Source: Polyangiales bacterium (GTDB taxonomy: Bacteria; Myxococcota_A; Polyangia; Polyangiales; Polyangiaceae). From it: DNA of 64,000 nucleotides. Under the pieces are notes generated by a model. The model had not been told where the DNA came from. It saw only the letters and a list, made by a program, of their open reading frames with translations, and ran no database searches. Shown piece after piece: positions 36,853 to 45,419 of the stretch. The translations under genes were made by a program, and so were the position numbers. Where the stretch lies: the NCBI GenBank assembly GCA_038231275.1, contig JBBRLQ010000016.1:32001-96000 (forward strand), written 5' to 3'. Positions within the stretch are counted from its first letter, which is position 1; the number at the start of each line of letters is the position of its first letter.

Positions 36853-37656
36853 CTACTGGCGAACGAAGGTCTCGATCCGGTCCGTGGTGATGAAGATGTC
36901 GAGCTCGATCTGGCCGGCGTCGCCGGTTCGCACGTTGAAGAACGTGGGGCTGGGACCATAGGCCGGGCACACGAAGGTGAGCGTCGTCGCGCCGGTGCCG
37001 CTCGTCGGGGTCATCGTGATGCGCTCGGTGGTGGTGCCGGAGGTGTCGGTGAACGTCGACGTGAGGAGCGCCGTGCCGGTCGACGAGTTGGTGACGAGCA
37101 GCGTCTCGCGGACCACGTATCCGGTGAGGCCGGTGCCGCCGCCGGGGCCGGTGTACACGACGTCCGCCGTCTTGAAGTACGTCCCGTCGACGATGTTGCC
37201 GCCGGTCGCCGCGGGGCGCGCGCTGGCGACGTCGATCTGCTGCACCTGCGCGCCGCCGTTCACGAGCGTGTTGCACGCGCCGCCGTCGCCCGCGGCGTCG
37301 AAGAAGCCCGAGCCGTCGACGACGACATCGAAGCCGTTCGCGTCCCCGGGCGCTCCGTCGGCGGCGGCCTCGGCGGCGCCATCGTTCCCCGCGTCGTTCT
37401 TGCCAGAGTCGCCGGCGGCCACGTCGACGCTCGAGTCGGCGCTCGAGTCGGCACCTACGGGGCCGTCGCCGCCGAGGGGAGCGTCGGTGCCCGTGGGACC
37501 GTCGAGCGTCGCGTCCGACGATGCGTCTCCACCGTCGGCGCCGTCGGCGATGAGGTCGCGATCGAATTTGGTCGCGACCTCGCACCCGGCGGCCATGGCG
37601 ACCGTGGCGAGCGCGGCGGCGAAGGCGCGGGAGAGGCGGGGGCGTACGGCGGACAT
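36853..37656 (-). CDS. Hypothetical lipoprotein with acidic D-A-G linker and small Cys-paired beta domain
   Basis: Lipobox AAGC; DGA/DAG-rich linker; ACN.L.N...P...GG.I.DGTY..T; FVCP. Confidence 0.7.
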   Translation of the reverse strand: MSAVRPRLSRAFAAALATVAMAAGCEVATKFDRDLIADGADGGDASSDATLDGPTGTDAPLGGDGPVGADSSADSSVDVAAGDSGKNDAGNDGAAEAAADGAPGDANGFDVVVDGSGFFDAAGDGGACNTLVNGGAQVQQIDVASARPAATGGNIVDGTYFKTADVVYTGPGGGTGLTGYVVRETLLVTNSSTGTALLTSTFTDTSGTTTERITMTPTSGTGATTLTFVCPAYGPSPTFFNVRTGDAGQIELDIFITTDRIETFVRQ

Positions 37657-37660
37657 GGCA

Positions 37661-38077
37661 CTAAAACCTGTACTTCATCTTGAGCTCGAGGGTCTTCTGA
37701 TCGCAGCTCGCTTGGAGCGTGCGGCCCTTGTCGAGGAGGTGCGAGGCGTCGTCGAGCTTCGTGAGGAGGGCGGCGCGTGTCTCCAGGTCCAGCGGGCCGG
37801 CGTCGGGTTCGTCGAGGCGCTGCTGCACCTCGGTCTTCATCGTGATGGCCAAGACCATCGCCTCGGCGTGCGCGACGCACGCGTCCTTGGCAGCGCACAC
37901 GTCACGATCCATGCAAGGTACATCCTTCAGGGGGCCCAAGAGTGCGGGCTTTCCCGGATATTCGGCGCGCCGGAAACGATCGACCGCCGCGACCACCGAC
38001 GCCGCCTCCCTTTTCGCCGGATCGGCGCAGCCGATCGCGAGCAGGATGAAGACGAGGCTCGCGAGCAGACGGCTCAT
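37661..38077 (-). CDS. Hypothetical small lipoprotein (Cys-containing helical)
   Basis: MSRLLASLVFILLAIGC lipobox; ATGA overlap with the upstream gene; PC...VC....AC...C. Confidence 0.7.
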   Translation of the reverse strand: MSRLLASLVFILLAIGCADPAKREAASVVAAVDRFRRAEYPGKPALLGPLKDVPCMDRDVCAAKDACVAHAEAMVLAITMKTEVQQRLDEPDAGPLDLETRAALLTKLDDASHLLDKGRTLQASCDQKTLELKMKYRF

Positions 38078-39603
38078 CCGAGCTCCACCTTGCTCCACAT
38101 GTCGCGCCGCATCTTCTCTTTGCGACGATCGGTGCGCGTGATGATGCGCGACGCGCTCCACGCCGCGAGGAGCTGCCCCTCCTGTCCGAGCGCCGGCAAC
38201 GTCGACGGGCCGACGGTGAACGCGTTCGCGAGCGGCGTCCGGAGGGGCTCGGCGGCGAGCCCGTCGAGGTGTGTGGGCTCGGGGCGCCACTTCGGCGTCA
38301 TCGGCTCCGCCTCGAGCGATCCGCCGCCGGCGCGGAGGAGCGCGCGGTCCACGCTCTTGCGCGCGCCCGAGCGGTAGTCCCAGAGCGGTCGCCCGTCGTG
38401 CGGGGAGTCGACCATGACGTAGTGCCTCTCCACGAACGGCAAGAACTGCTGCACCGTCGCGAGCACCGCCTCGCGCGCTTTCTCGAGCGGCAGCGCGTCG
38501 TCGTCGAGAAGCGCCTCGGCCACCAGCAGGGCCTCTGCGCCGTTGCGTGTACATTGCAAGTGCACGACCGGGCGGCGAGGGTCCTTCGCGGTCAGGGGCG
38601 TCGTAGGCAGGAGGAACGACTCGGCGCCGAGGAGCGCGGGCAGGCCGCGCGCGTGGACGACCGCGCTCACGACGAAGCGGTGGGCCACCGGCACCAGGCG
38701 CGGCATCGCGGCGAGCACGCGGCGCGACGGCGCGAAGCCGTCCGCGAGCTGGAGCAGACCGAGCGTCGGGAGATCGGCGACGACGAACTGCACGCCCGCC
38801 GCCCCGGCGTCCCCATCGATGCGGACTCCGGTGACCTTGCCGCCGCGCTGCTCGATCGCCGCGGCGCGATCGGAGATGCGCGCTTCGCCGCCGTGCGCCC
38901 GCACGCGCTCGAGGAGGAACTCGGCGAGCTCGGCCTCGCCGCCTGCCAGGTGAACGAGGCCGCGCGTCCACGCCCCGTGAAGGCGCGCGACCGCGAACGG
39001 GGGGACCTCGTCGACGTCGCTCGCGAAGCGCACCGGCACGTCGATGACCGCGCGGTAGTCGTGATCGCGAGGGAACTCGGCGAGGAACTCCGCGAGCGGC
39101 TCGCGCAAATGCGGCAGGCCGGACGCGACGCGCGCGGTCTCGCGGCGCTCCCAGAATCCTCCCGGCGGCCACACGACGTCTTTGTCGAAGGCGGCGTCAG
39201 CCGCGGCGTTGGTGCGCCCCAGCTCCGCGTACAGATCGTCGACGACGCGCCGCACCTCGGGAAATTCGCGATCGATCTCGCGGCCGAAGAGCGCGCCGTC
39301 GGGAGGGACGTCGAGACGCAGGCGCGGGCCCAGAACCTGAATCATCGGGTCGAGCGGGTGCACGCGGCGGCGGAACGTCTGCGACTGCGCGAGCTCGACG
39401 AGCACGCGTCCCCACGCCGGCGACGCATGCGCGAGCAGCGTGAAGGGGCGCCGCGAGAGCCTGACACCGTCGTACTCGTAGGTCGGCGCCCGATGATCGT
39501 GCCCGAGCACCAGCACGCGCCACGAGCGCCGCGCCAGGAGCGCCGCCGCGGTGAGCGCGCCGAGCGACGATCCCAGGACGACGACGTCGTAGTGCTTCGA
39601 CAT
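38074..39603 (-). CDS. Phytoene desaturase-like FAD-dependent oxidoreductase
   Basis: YDVVVLGSSLGAL.AAALLAR....VLVL; GG...L...L......GGE; RTPLANAF.VG....P.LG.EG. Confidence 0.65.
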   Translation of the reverse strand: MSKHYDVVVLGSSLGALTAAALLARRSWRVLVLGHDHRAPTYEYDGVRLSRRPFTLLAHASPAWGRVLVELAQSQTFRRRVHPLDPMIQVLGPRLRLDVPPDGALFGREIDREFPEVRRVVDDLYAELGRTNAAADAAFDKDVVWPPGGFWERRETARVASGLPHLREPLAEFLAEFPRDHDYRAVIDVPVRFASDVDEVPPFAVARLHGAWTRGLVHLAGGEAELAEFLLERVRAHGGEARISDRAAAIEQRGGKVTGVRIDGDAGAAGVQFVVADLPTLGLLQLADGFAPSRRVLAAMPRLVPVAHRFVVSAVVHARGLPALLGAESFLLPTTPLTAKDPRRPVVHLQCTRNGAEALLVAEALLDDDALPLEKAREAVLATVQQFLPFVERHYVMVDSPHDGRPLWDYRSGARKSVDRALLRAGGGSLEAEPMTPKWRPEPTHLDGLAAEPLRTPLANAFTVGPSTLPALGQEGQLLAAWSASRIITRTDRRKEKMRRDMWSKVELG

Positions 39604-39606
39604 CGC

Positions 39607-40245
39607 TCAGGCCTCGACGCGAACGCGGGGCCGTCGTCGGTCCGTGACCTCGACGTGCACCTTGCCATCGACGATCCACTGCAGCACGCGCGGCAAGAGC
39701 GCATGCTCCTGCTCGAGGACGCGGGCGCGGAGCGATCCTTCGTCGTCGTCGTCCCTCACGGCGACGGTGGCCTGCGCGATGATCGGCCCGGTGTCGGTGC
39801 CGGCGTCGACGAAGTGGACCGTGCAGCCGGTCACCTTGACCCCGTAGTCGAGCGCCTGCTTCTGCGCGTGGACACCGGGAAACGCGGGCAGGAGCGCGGG
39901 GTGGACGTTGACGACGCGGTTCGGGAACGCGCCCAGCAACGTCGGCGTCACGAGGCGCATGAACCCGGCGAGGACCACGACGTCCACCGAGTGCGCACGA
40001 AGGACACGAACCAGCTCCGCGTCGAACGTCGCGCGATCGGCGAACGCCTTGTGCTCGACGACGACGGTAGCGACGCCTGCGGCGCGCGCGCGATCGAGTC
40101 CCTTCGCGGTGGCCACGTTGGAGACGACGACACCGAGCTTCGCGCGCAGAGTCCCGGCCGCGACGGCGTCGAGGAGCGCTTGGAGGTTGGTCCCACTCCC
40201 GCTGATGAGGACGCCGAGCGTCGTCACTCCGCTCACCCTCGTCAC
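39607..40245 (-). CDS. purN: Phosphoribosylglycinamide formyltransferase
   Basis: VLISGSGTNLQAL, LAGFMR, NVHPALLP.FPG, GCTVHFVD.GTDTGPII. Confidence 0.96.
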   Translation of the reverse strand: MTRVSGVTTLGVLISGSGTNLQALLDAVAAGTLRAKLGVVVSNVATAKGLDRARAAGVATVVVEHKAFADRATFDAELVRVLRAHSVDVVVLAGFMRLVTPTLLGAFPNRVVNVHPALLPAFPGVHAQKQALDYGVKVTGCTVHFVDAGTDTGPIIAQATVAVRDDDDEGSLRARVLEQEHALLPRVLQWIVDGKVHVEVTDRRRPRVRVEA

Positions 40246-41297
40246 GCTCCCGGCCGCAGCGGCCAGTCGACGCGCTGCTCGAACGCCGTCCCGTCGGGCA
40301 CGCCCACGACCGGTCCGAGCGTGATCGGCGACTCGCCGATCCCCTCGAGGACGCTGCGGGCGCGGCCGGCGTCCGCTGCAGCAACGACGAAGACGAACCC
40401 GACGCCGCAGTTGAACGTGCGACGCATCTCCGCCTCTTCGACGCGCTGCGCGACGAGGTCGTAAATCGCCGGGCGCGTCCAGGTAGCCTCCACGCGGACG
40501 CCGAGGGCGTCGGGGAGGACGCGTGGCAGGTTTCCCGGGATGCCGCCGCCCGTGATGTGGCTCATCGCCCGCACGTCGACGCCCGCCTCGAGCAGGGCCG
40601 CGACGTGACGCGCGTAGAGGCGCGTCGGCGCGAGGAGCGCCTCGCCGACCGTCTTGCCTCCGAGCTCCTTCGGCGTCGACGAAGGCGTGAGCGCCATCGC
40701 ATCGAGCAGGACCTTTCGCGCGAGCGAGTACCCGTTCGAGTGGAGGCCGCTCGACGGCAGGCCGATGGCGACGTCCCCCGCGACCACGCGCTTGCCGTCG
40801 ACGATCTTCGCGCGCGCGACGACGCCGACCGAGAATCCTGCGAGATCATATTCGCCGTCGGCGTACATCCCAGGGAGCTCCGCCGTCTCGCCGCCGAGCA
40901 ACGCGCAGCCGGACTCTTTGCACGCGTTCGCGATGCCGCGTACGACCGCCTCGGCGACGCCGAGATCGAGCTTCCCCGTGCCGAAATAGTCGAGGAAGAA
41001 GAGCGGCCTCGCGCCGCAGGTGATGACGTCGTTGACGCACATGCCGACGAGATCGAAGCCGATGGTGTCGTGGACGCCAGTGAGGAAGGCGACCTTGAGC
41101 TTGGTGCCGACGCCGTCGGTGCCGCTGACGAGGACCGGCTCGTCGATGCCGGTCGGCACGCGGCACAGGCCCGCGAAGCCGCCGACGTCGCTGATCACCT
41201 CGGCGATGCGCGTGGCTTTGGCGAGCGGCTTGATACGCTCGACGAGCTCGTCCCCGGCGTCGATGTCGACCCCGGCTTGCCTGTAGGTGATGGGCAT
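40242..41297 (-). CDS. purM: Phosphoribosylformylglycinamidine cyclo-ligase (AIR synthetase)
   Basis: Y..AGVDIDAG, TDGVGTK, MCVND, FFLDY, GGETAELPG, SSGLHSNGYSL, HITGGG...N, TFNCGVG; GGAGG RBS. Confidence 0.97.
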   Translation of the reverse strand: MPITYRQAGVDIDAGDELVERIKPLAKATRIAEVISDVGGFAGLCRVPTGIDEPVLVSGTDGVGTKLKVAFLTGVHDTIGFDLVGMCVNDVITCGARPLFFLDYFGTGKLDLGVAEAVVRGIANACKESGCALLGGETAELPGMYADGEYDLAGFSVGVVARAKIVDGKRVVAGDVAIGLPSSGLHSNGYSLARKVLLDAMALTPSSTPKELGGKTVGEALLAPTRLYARHVAALLEAGVDVRAMSHITGGGIPGNLPRVLPDALGVRVEATWTRPAIYDLVAQRVEEAEMRRTFNCGVGFVFVVAAADAGRARSVLEGIGESPITLGPVVGVPDGTAFEQRVDWPLRPGA

Positions 41298-41339
41298 CGT
41301 GGGCCTCCTTCTAGCAAGAGTTCCCCGGGATGGCGACGG

Positions 41340-42491
41340 TCACGGGCCCGCGGCCGGCGCGGCGGCAGCGCCGGCCGCGGCTGTTAGCGGGAATTTCACG
41401 TCGACCGGGACGCCGCGCTCCAGCGTCGTGCCGTCGCCGACCTGGCCGGCCGCGTTCCCGCCCCAACAGCGCACGCGCGCGTCCTTGTAGCGCACGCACA
41501 CGTGCGACGCGCCGACCGCGGTCTCGACGACGTCGAACACGCCGAAGACGAGCGCGGGCTCGGCGCGATTCATCGTCGTGCTGTCGGCGAGCTGGTGCGA
41601 CGCGTTCTTTCCCCAACACATGACCGCGGCGTCCTGCATTCGCGCACAGCTGGTGTCGCCCCCGAGGGCGAGCTGCACGGCGCCATTGATGTGCGCGACG
41701 TCCACGGGCGAGTGACGATCGGTGGTCGTGCCGTCGCCGAGCTGGCCGGCGTCGTTCTTTCCCCAACAGACCGCCTTCTCGTCGCCGATGCGCGCGCACG
41801 TGTGTGACTCCCCCGCCGCGATCCGCGCAGCGCGCGCAAGACCGACGACCGGGAGCGGCGACGGGCTCGGCGCGGTACCGCCCGTCCCGAGCTGGCCGTG
41901 CGCGTTGTCTCCCCAGCAGAGGACGCGTCCATCCTCGAGGCGCGCGCACGCGTGGGATCCGCCGACCGCGATCTGCGCGGCGCCGGTGACCGCCACCTTC
42001 GTCGGCGTATGCGCCCCGGCGAGGGCGCCCCAGCAGAGGACCTCCGCGCCCTTCGTACGCGCGCACGTGGTGTCCCCGCCCGCGGCGAGCTCCACCGCGT
42101 CGAGGTCGAGGATGTCCTCGCGCTCGTCGGCCGCGCTCGGCGCCGCGCCGCATTGGCCCGACGCGTTCCCACCCCAACAAATGACTCGGTTCGCGCCCGC
42201 GCCGTCGCCGACGAGCGCGCAGGTGTGGGTGCGGCCCGTGACGACCTGCCGAAACATCCAGCGACCGGCGACGCGTTGAGGCACGGGGCCCTTCGCCGCG
42301 CCGCGGGCGTCGCCCCAGCAACGGAGCGAGAGATCTTTCATCGTCGCGCACGTGTGAGCGGCGCCGAGCGAGAGCTGCGTGGCGAGGCGCTCCTCTTTCT
42401 TCTTCCGGCACCCGGCCCCGACGGTGAGGACGACGCCCACGACGAGGAGCCACGGGACGAGGACGAGGCGTCTGCGCATTCGGCCGCGCAT
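41340..42491 (-). CDS. RCC1-repeat lipoprotein
   Basis: Lipobox GAGC; repeated G..HTCA.....V.CWG.N..GQLG; start could be 42479. Confidence 0.85.
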   Translation of the reverse strand: MRGRMRRRLVLVPWLLVVGVVLTVGAGCRKKKEERLATQLSLGAAHTCATMKDLSLRCWGDARGAAKGPVPQRVAGRWMFRQVVTGRTHTCALVGDGAGANRVICWGGNASGQCGAAPSAADEREDILDLDAVELAAGGDTTCARTKGAEVLCWGALAGAHTPTKVAVTGAAQIAVGGSHACARLEDGRVLCWGDNAHGQLGTGGTAPSPSPLPVVGLARAARIAAGESHTCARIGDEKAVCWGKNDAGQLGDGTTTDRHSPVDVAHINGAVQLALGGDTSCARMQDAAVMCWGKNASHQLADSTTMNRAEPALVFGVFDVVETAVGASHVCVRYKDARVRCWGGNAAGQVGDGTTLERGVPVDVKFPLTAAAGAAAAPAAGP

Positions 42492-42561
42492 AGTGCGCCT
42501 GTGCGCCGCGCCGGTCGAGCGCTTCCGGGATCGTAAACGCTTCGAGTAGACTGGCGCGTTC

Positions 42562-43125
42562 ATGAAGCCGCGCGCGAGAACGGGCCGCCCCGCAAAGATC
42601 TATCCGTCGGCCAAGGTCCTCCGCGGCGCGCTGCTCGGCGAGGACGTGGTCATCGGCGCCTTCACCTTCGTCGCCGCGGGCGCCGTCGTCGGCGCGGGGA
42701 CGCGGATCCAGGGCCACACCAGCGTCTGGAACGGGGTGGTCCTCGGCGAGGACGTCTTTGTCGGCCCCGGCGCGACGTTCACGAACGTCCGCGCCCCGCG
42801 TGCCGCCTGGTCGCGGGCGCCGGATTGGGACGAGACCCACGTGGGCGATGGCGCAACGATCGGCGCGCACGCGACCCTCGTCGCACCGCTCGCGATCGGG
42901 GAGGCGGCGATCGTCGGCGCCGGCGCGGTGGTGACGCGCGACGTCCCGGCGCACGCGATGGTCGTCGGCGTCCCCGCCAGGGTCGTCGGATGGGCCTGCC
43001 GTTGCGCCTCCGTCCGCGTCCACGCCCGCCGTCGCCCGGCCTCGTTCGGGTGCAGCGTGTGCGAAGGCGAGCGCGAGACTGCGTTCGTCAGTGCACGCCG
43101 TGGCCGGCGATCACCGCGGACATGA
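42562..43125 (+). CDS. Hexapeptide-repeat N-acetyltransferase (WbpD/WlbB-like)
   Basis: Left-handed beta-helix repeats, VFVGP...FTN...PRA, GA.IGA.AT, GAGAVVTRDVP, GVPAR..GW.C.C. Confidence 0.85.
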   Translation: MKPRARTGRPAKIYPSAKVLRGALLGEDVVIGAFTFVAAGAVVGAGTRIQGHTSVWNGVVLGEDVFVGPGATFTNVRAPRAAWSRAPDWDETHVGDGATIGAHATLVAPLAIGEAAIVGAGAVVTRDVPAHAMVVGVPARVVGWACRCASVRVHARRRPASFGCSVCEGERETAFVSARRGRRSPRT

Positions 43126-44473
43126 CGATCATCGCGATGTGGACGAAGATGATGATTCCGAGCACGTCGACGAGGCTCGCGATGAACGGCGTCGAGCTCG
43201 TCGCCGGGTCGAGGCCGAGGCGCTTCAGGAGGATCGGGAGCATCGCGCCGACGGTGCAACCGCAAATCACGATGCCCACCAGCGTCAGCGCGACGGTGAG
43301 CGCGAAGCCCATGTGCTGATCGCGGTACATGAGGACGCGCCCGAACCCGATGACGCCGAGGCCCAGTCCGAGCACCGTCCCCATGGCGAGCTCGCGCACC
43401 AGGATCCGCCACCAGTCGCGCGGCTTGATCTCGCCGACCGCCATCCCGCGGATGACGAGGGTGGACGACTGCGAGCCGGAGTTGCCTCCCGCGGAGATGA
43501 GGAGCGGCACGTAGTACGCCGCGCCTTTGATCGCCTCGAAGACCGGGTCGTAGTAGCGAAGCGCGGTCTGCGTGAAGAACTCGCCGAGGAAGAGGAGCAC
43601 GAGCCAGGTGCCGCGCTTGCGGATGAACGATACGAAGCTCGTCTGGAAATAGGGGACGTCGAGCGGCTCGACGGCGCCGAGCTTCTGGACGTCCTCGGTC
43701 TGCTCTTGGGTGAGGACGTCGACGATGTCGTCGATCGTGATGACGCCGAGCATCGCGCCCTTGTCGTCGATGACGGGCATCACGTTCAAGTCGTACTTCG
43801 CCATCCGCCGCGCGACCTCTTCCTGGTCCATGTCGGGCGGGGCGCTGATGACGTTGTGCGTGAGGATCTCGGCGAGCTTCTGCTCGGGCTGCGCGAGGAT
43901 GAGATCGCGCAGCGACGCGACGCCTTGCACGCGTTCGTCGTGGCTCATCGCGTACACGTTGTAGACCGGCGTGCTCTGCTCGACGCCGAACGCGCGCACG
44001 GCGTCGATCGCGCCGGCGACGGTCACGTTCTCGAGGACGTGGACGTAGAGCGTCGTCATCAAGTGACCGGCGCTCGTCTCCGGCCACTTCTCGATCTCGC
44101 GGACGTCCTCCGCGGCGGCGGGATCGACGAGCTCGAGCTTGTCGAGGAGCTCCTCGGCCTGCGCGTCCGGCAGGAGGCTGAAGAGGTCGGCGCGCTCGTC
44201 GGGCGCCATCTCGCTCGCGATCTGCACGACGCTCTCGGGCGGCATGAGGTCGACGAGCTCTTCTTGCTCGTGATCCTCGAGGCGCTCGAAGATCGGCGCG
44301 GCCTCGTCGGCCGGGAGACGCGCGAGGAGGGCCGCTTGCTCGTCCGGCTCGAGCTCGCCAATGAGGTCGGCGAGGTCCTGCTCGTGGATCTCCTCGAGGA
44401 GCTCGCGCACCTGATCGGGATCTTCCCGCAGGAGCTCTTTCAGCTCGGGTCCGAGGAGCGTCGCGAGTCGCAT
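43088..44473 (-). CDS. mgtE: Magnesium transporter MgtE
   Basis: Acidic N-domain, SAG.LMT, CBS pair, G.ITIDD..DV, GGNSGSQ, LDPA..S.PFI...VDV.G. Confidence 0.95.
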   Translation of the reverse strand: MRLATLLGPELKELLREDPDQVRELLEEIHEQDLADLIGELEPDEQAALLARLPADEAAPIFERLEDHEQEELVDLMPPESVVQIASEMAPDERADLFSLLPDAQAEELLDKLELVDPAAAEDVREIEKWPETSAGHLMTTLYVHVLENVTVAGAIDAVRAFGVEQSTPVYNVYAMSHDERVQGVASLRDLILAQPEQKLAEILTHNVISAPPDMDQEEVARRMAKYDLNVMPVIDDKGAMLGVITIDDIVDVLTQEQTEDVQKLGAVEPLDVPYFQTSFVSFIRKRGTWLVLLFLGEFFTQTALRYYDPVFEAIKGAAYYVPLLISAGGNSGSQSSTLVIRGMAVGEIKPRDWWRILVRELAMGTVLGLGLGVIGFGRVLMYRDQHMGFALTVALTLVGIVICGCTVGAMLPILLKRLGLDPATSSTPFIASLVDVLGIIIFVHIAMIVMSAVIAGHGVH

Positions 44474-44523
44474 CTCGCCGGCACGTTACCCGAGGACGCG
44501 CACGCGGGTCACGTGGATTGGAG

Positions 44524-45198
44524 TCAGCGCGACGGGATGGCGAGCGACAGGTTCGCGGTGGCGCCGTCGCGGGTCCCGCCGAGGCTGTCGTCCTGCTCTT
44601 TGCGCGCGTCGGCGATGGTCTTCTGGGCGTCTTCCTTGATGCGCTTCATAGCCACGTCCTCGACGTGGCGGCGGCGGGCGAGCCAGCTGGACACGCGCTT
44701 GTCGCAGGCGTTGAGCTCGCGCTTGGCGCGGCTCCTCGGATCGTGGCGGAGCGCGTTGTCCTTGTTCTCCTTGAACGCTTTGTAGTCGGCCTCGGCCTGC
44801 TCGAGCGTGCCGCGATCGGTCGCCGACTTGCACTGCGTCAAGGCGAGGTCCGCTTCCTCCTGCGCCGCCTGCTTCCTGCCCTGCGCGGCGAGCTTGGGGA
44901 GCTGGGAGTCGCAGCGCACGAGCCAGTCACGGACGACGTAGTCACGCGTTCGCGCGGTCTTCACCACGCTCGCGTCGGTGCGGACCGCGCGGCTGCGGCG
45001 AAAGCGGTAATCGTCGAGGAGCTGCATCCGGCGAACGGGCGCCGTGCCGTCTTGCATGGCCTCTTCGCACGCGTGGAAGGCCCAGTAGAGCTCCTCTCCG
45101 GCGGCCGACGCGTCCGCTGCCTGCGCCGGACGGGCAGACGAGAGGAGGAAGGCGGCGATGGCGACGGCGAGGAGGGGGAGCCAGGAGCGGCGGAGCAT
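44524..45198 (-). CDS. Hypothetical secreted helical protein
   Basis: Signal peptide ending ARPAQA; GAAGGGGG upstream; four Cys. Confidence 0.65.
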   Translation of the reverse strand: MLRRSWLPLLAVAIAAFLLSSARPAQAADASAAGEELYWAFHACEEAMQDGTAPVRRMQLLDDYRFRRSRAVRTDASVVKTARTRDYVVRDWLVRCDSQLPKLAAQGRKQAAQEEADLALTQCKSATDRGTLEQAEADYKAFKENKDNALRHDPRSRAKRELNACDKRVSSWLARRRHVEDVAMKRIKEDAQKTIADARKEQDDSLGGTRDGATANLSLAIPSR

Positions 45199-45419
45199 GT
45201 CCCCCCTTCAGCAGGAAGCGCACCAACGCAACGCGCAGGAGCGCGCCGTGAGCGCTCGGCGCAACCGCGCGATTTCCGGGAAGGAAAGCGTCGTACCGCC
45301 ATACTGGAACACCGGACTCTGGGCCGGACTCGATCCATTGCACGCCGCGGTTGCTCACGGGAAATGTGCGACAAGCCCCGACAAAACGCGGTTTTGCCGC
45401 TCCCTCGACGCGAGCCGAT

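Noticed and set aside
45379..45399. Hairpin cgacaaaac-gcg-gttttgccg after the sulfatase-like gene
   Set aside because: Imperfect stem with no U-tract; too weak to call a terminator
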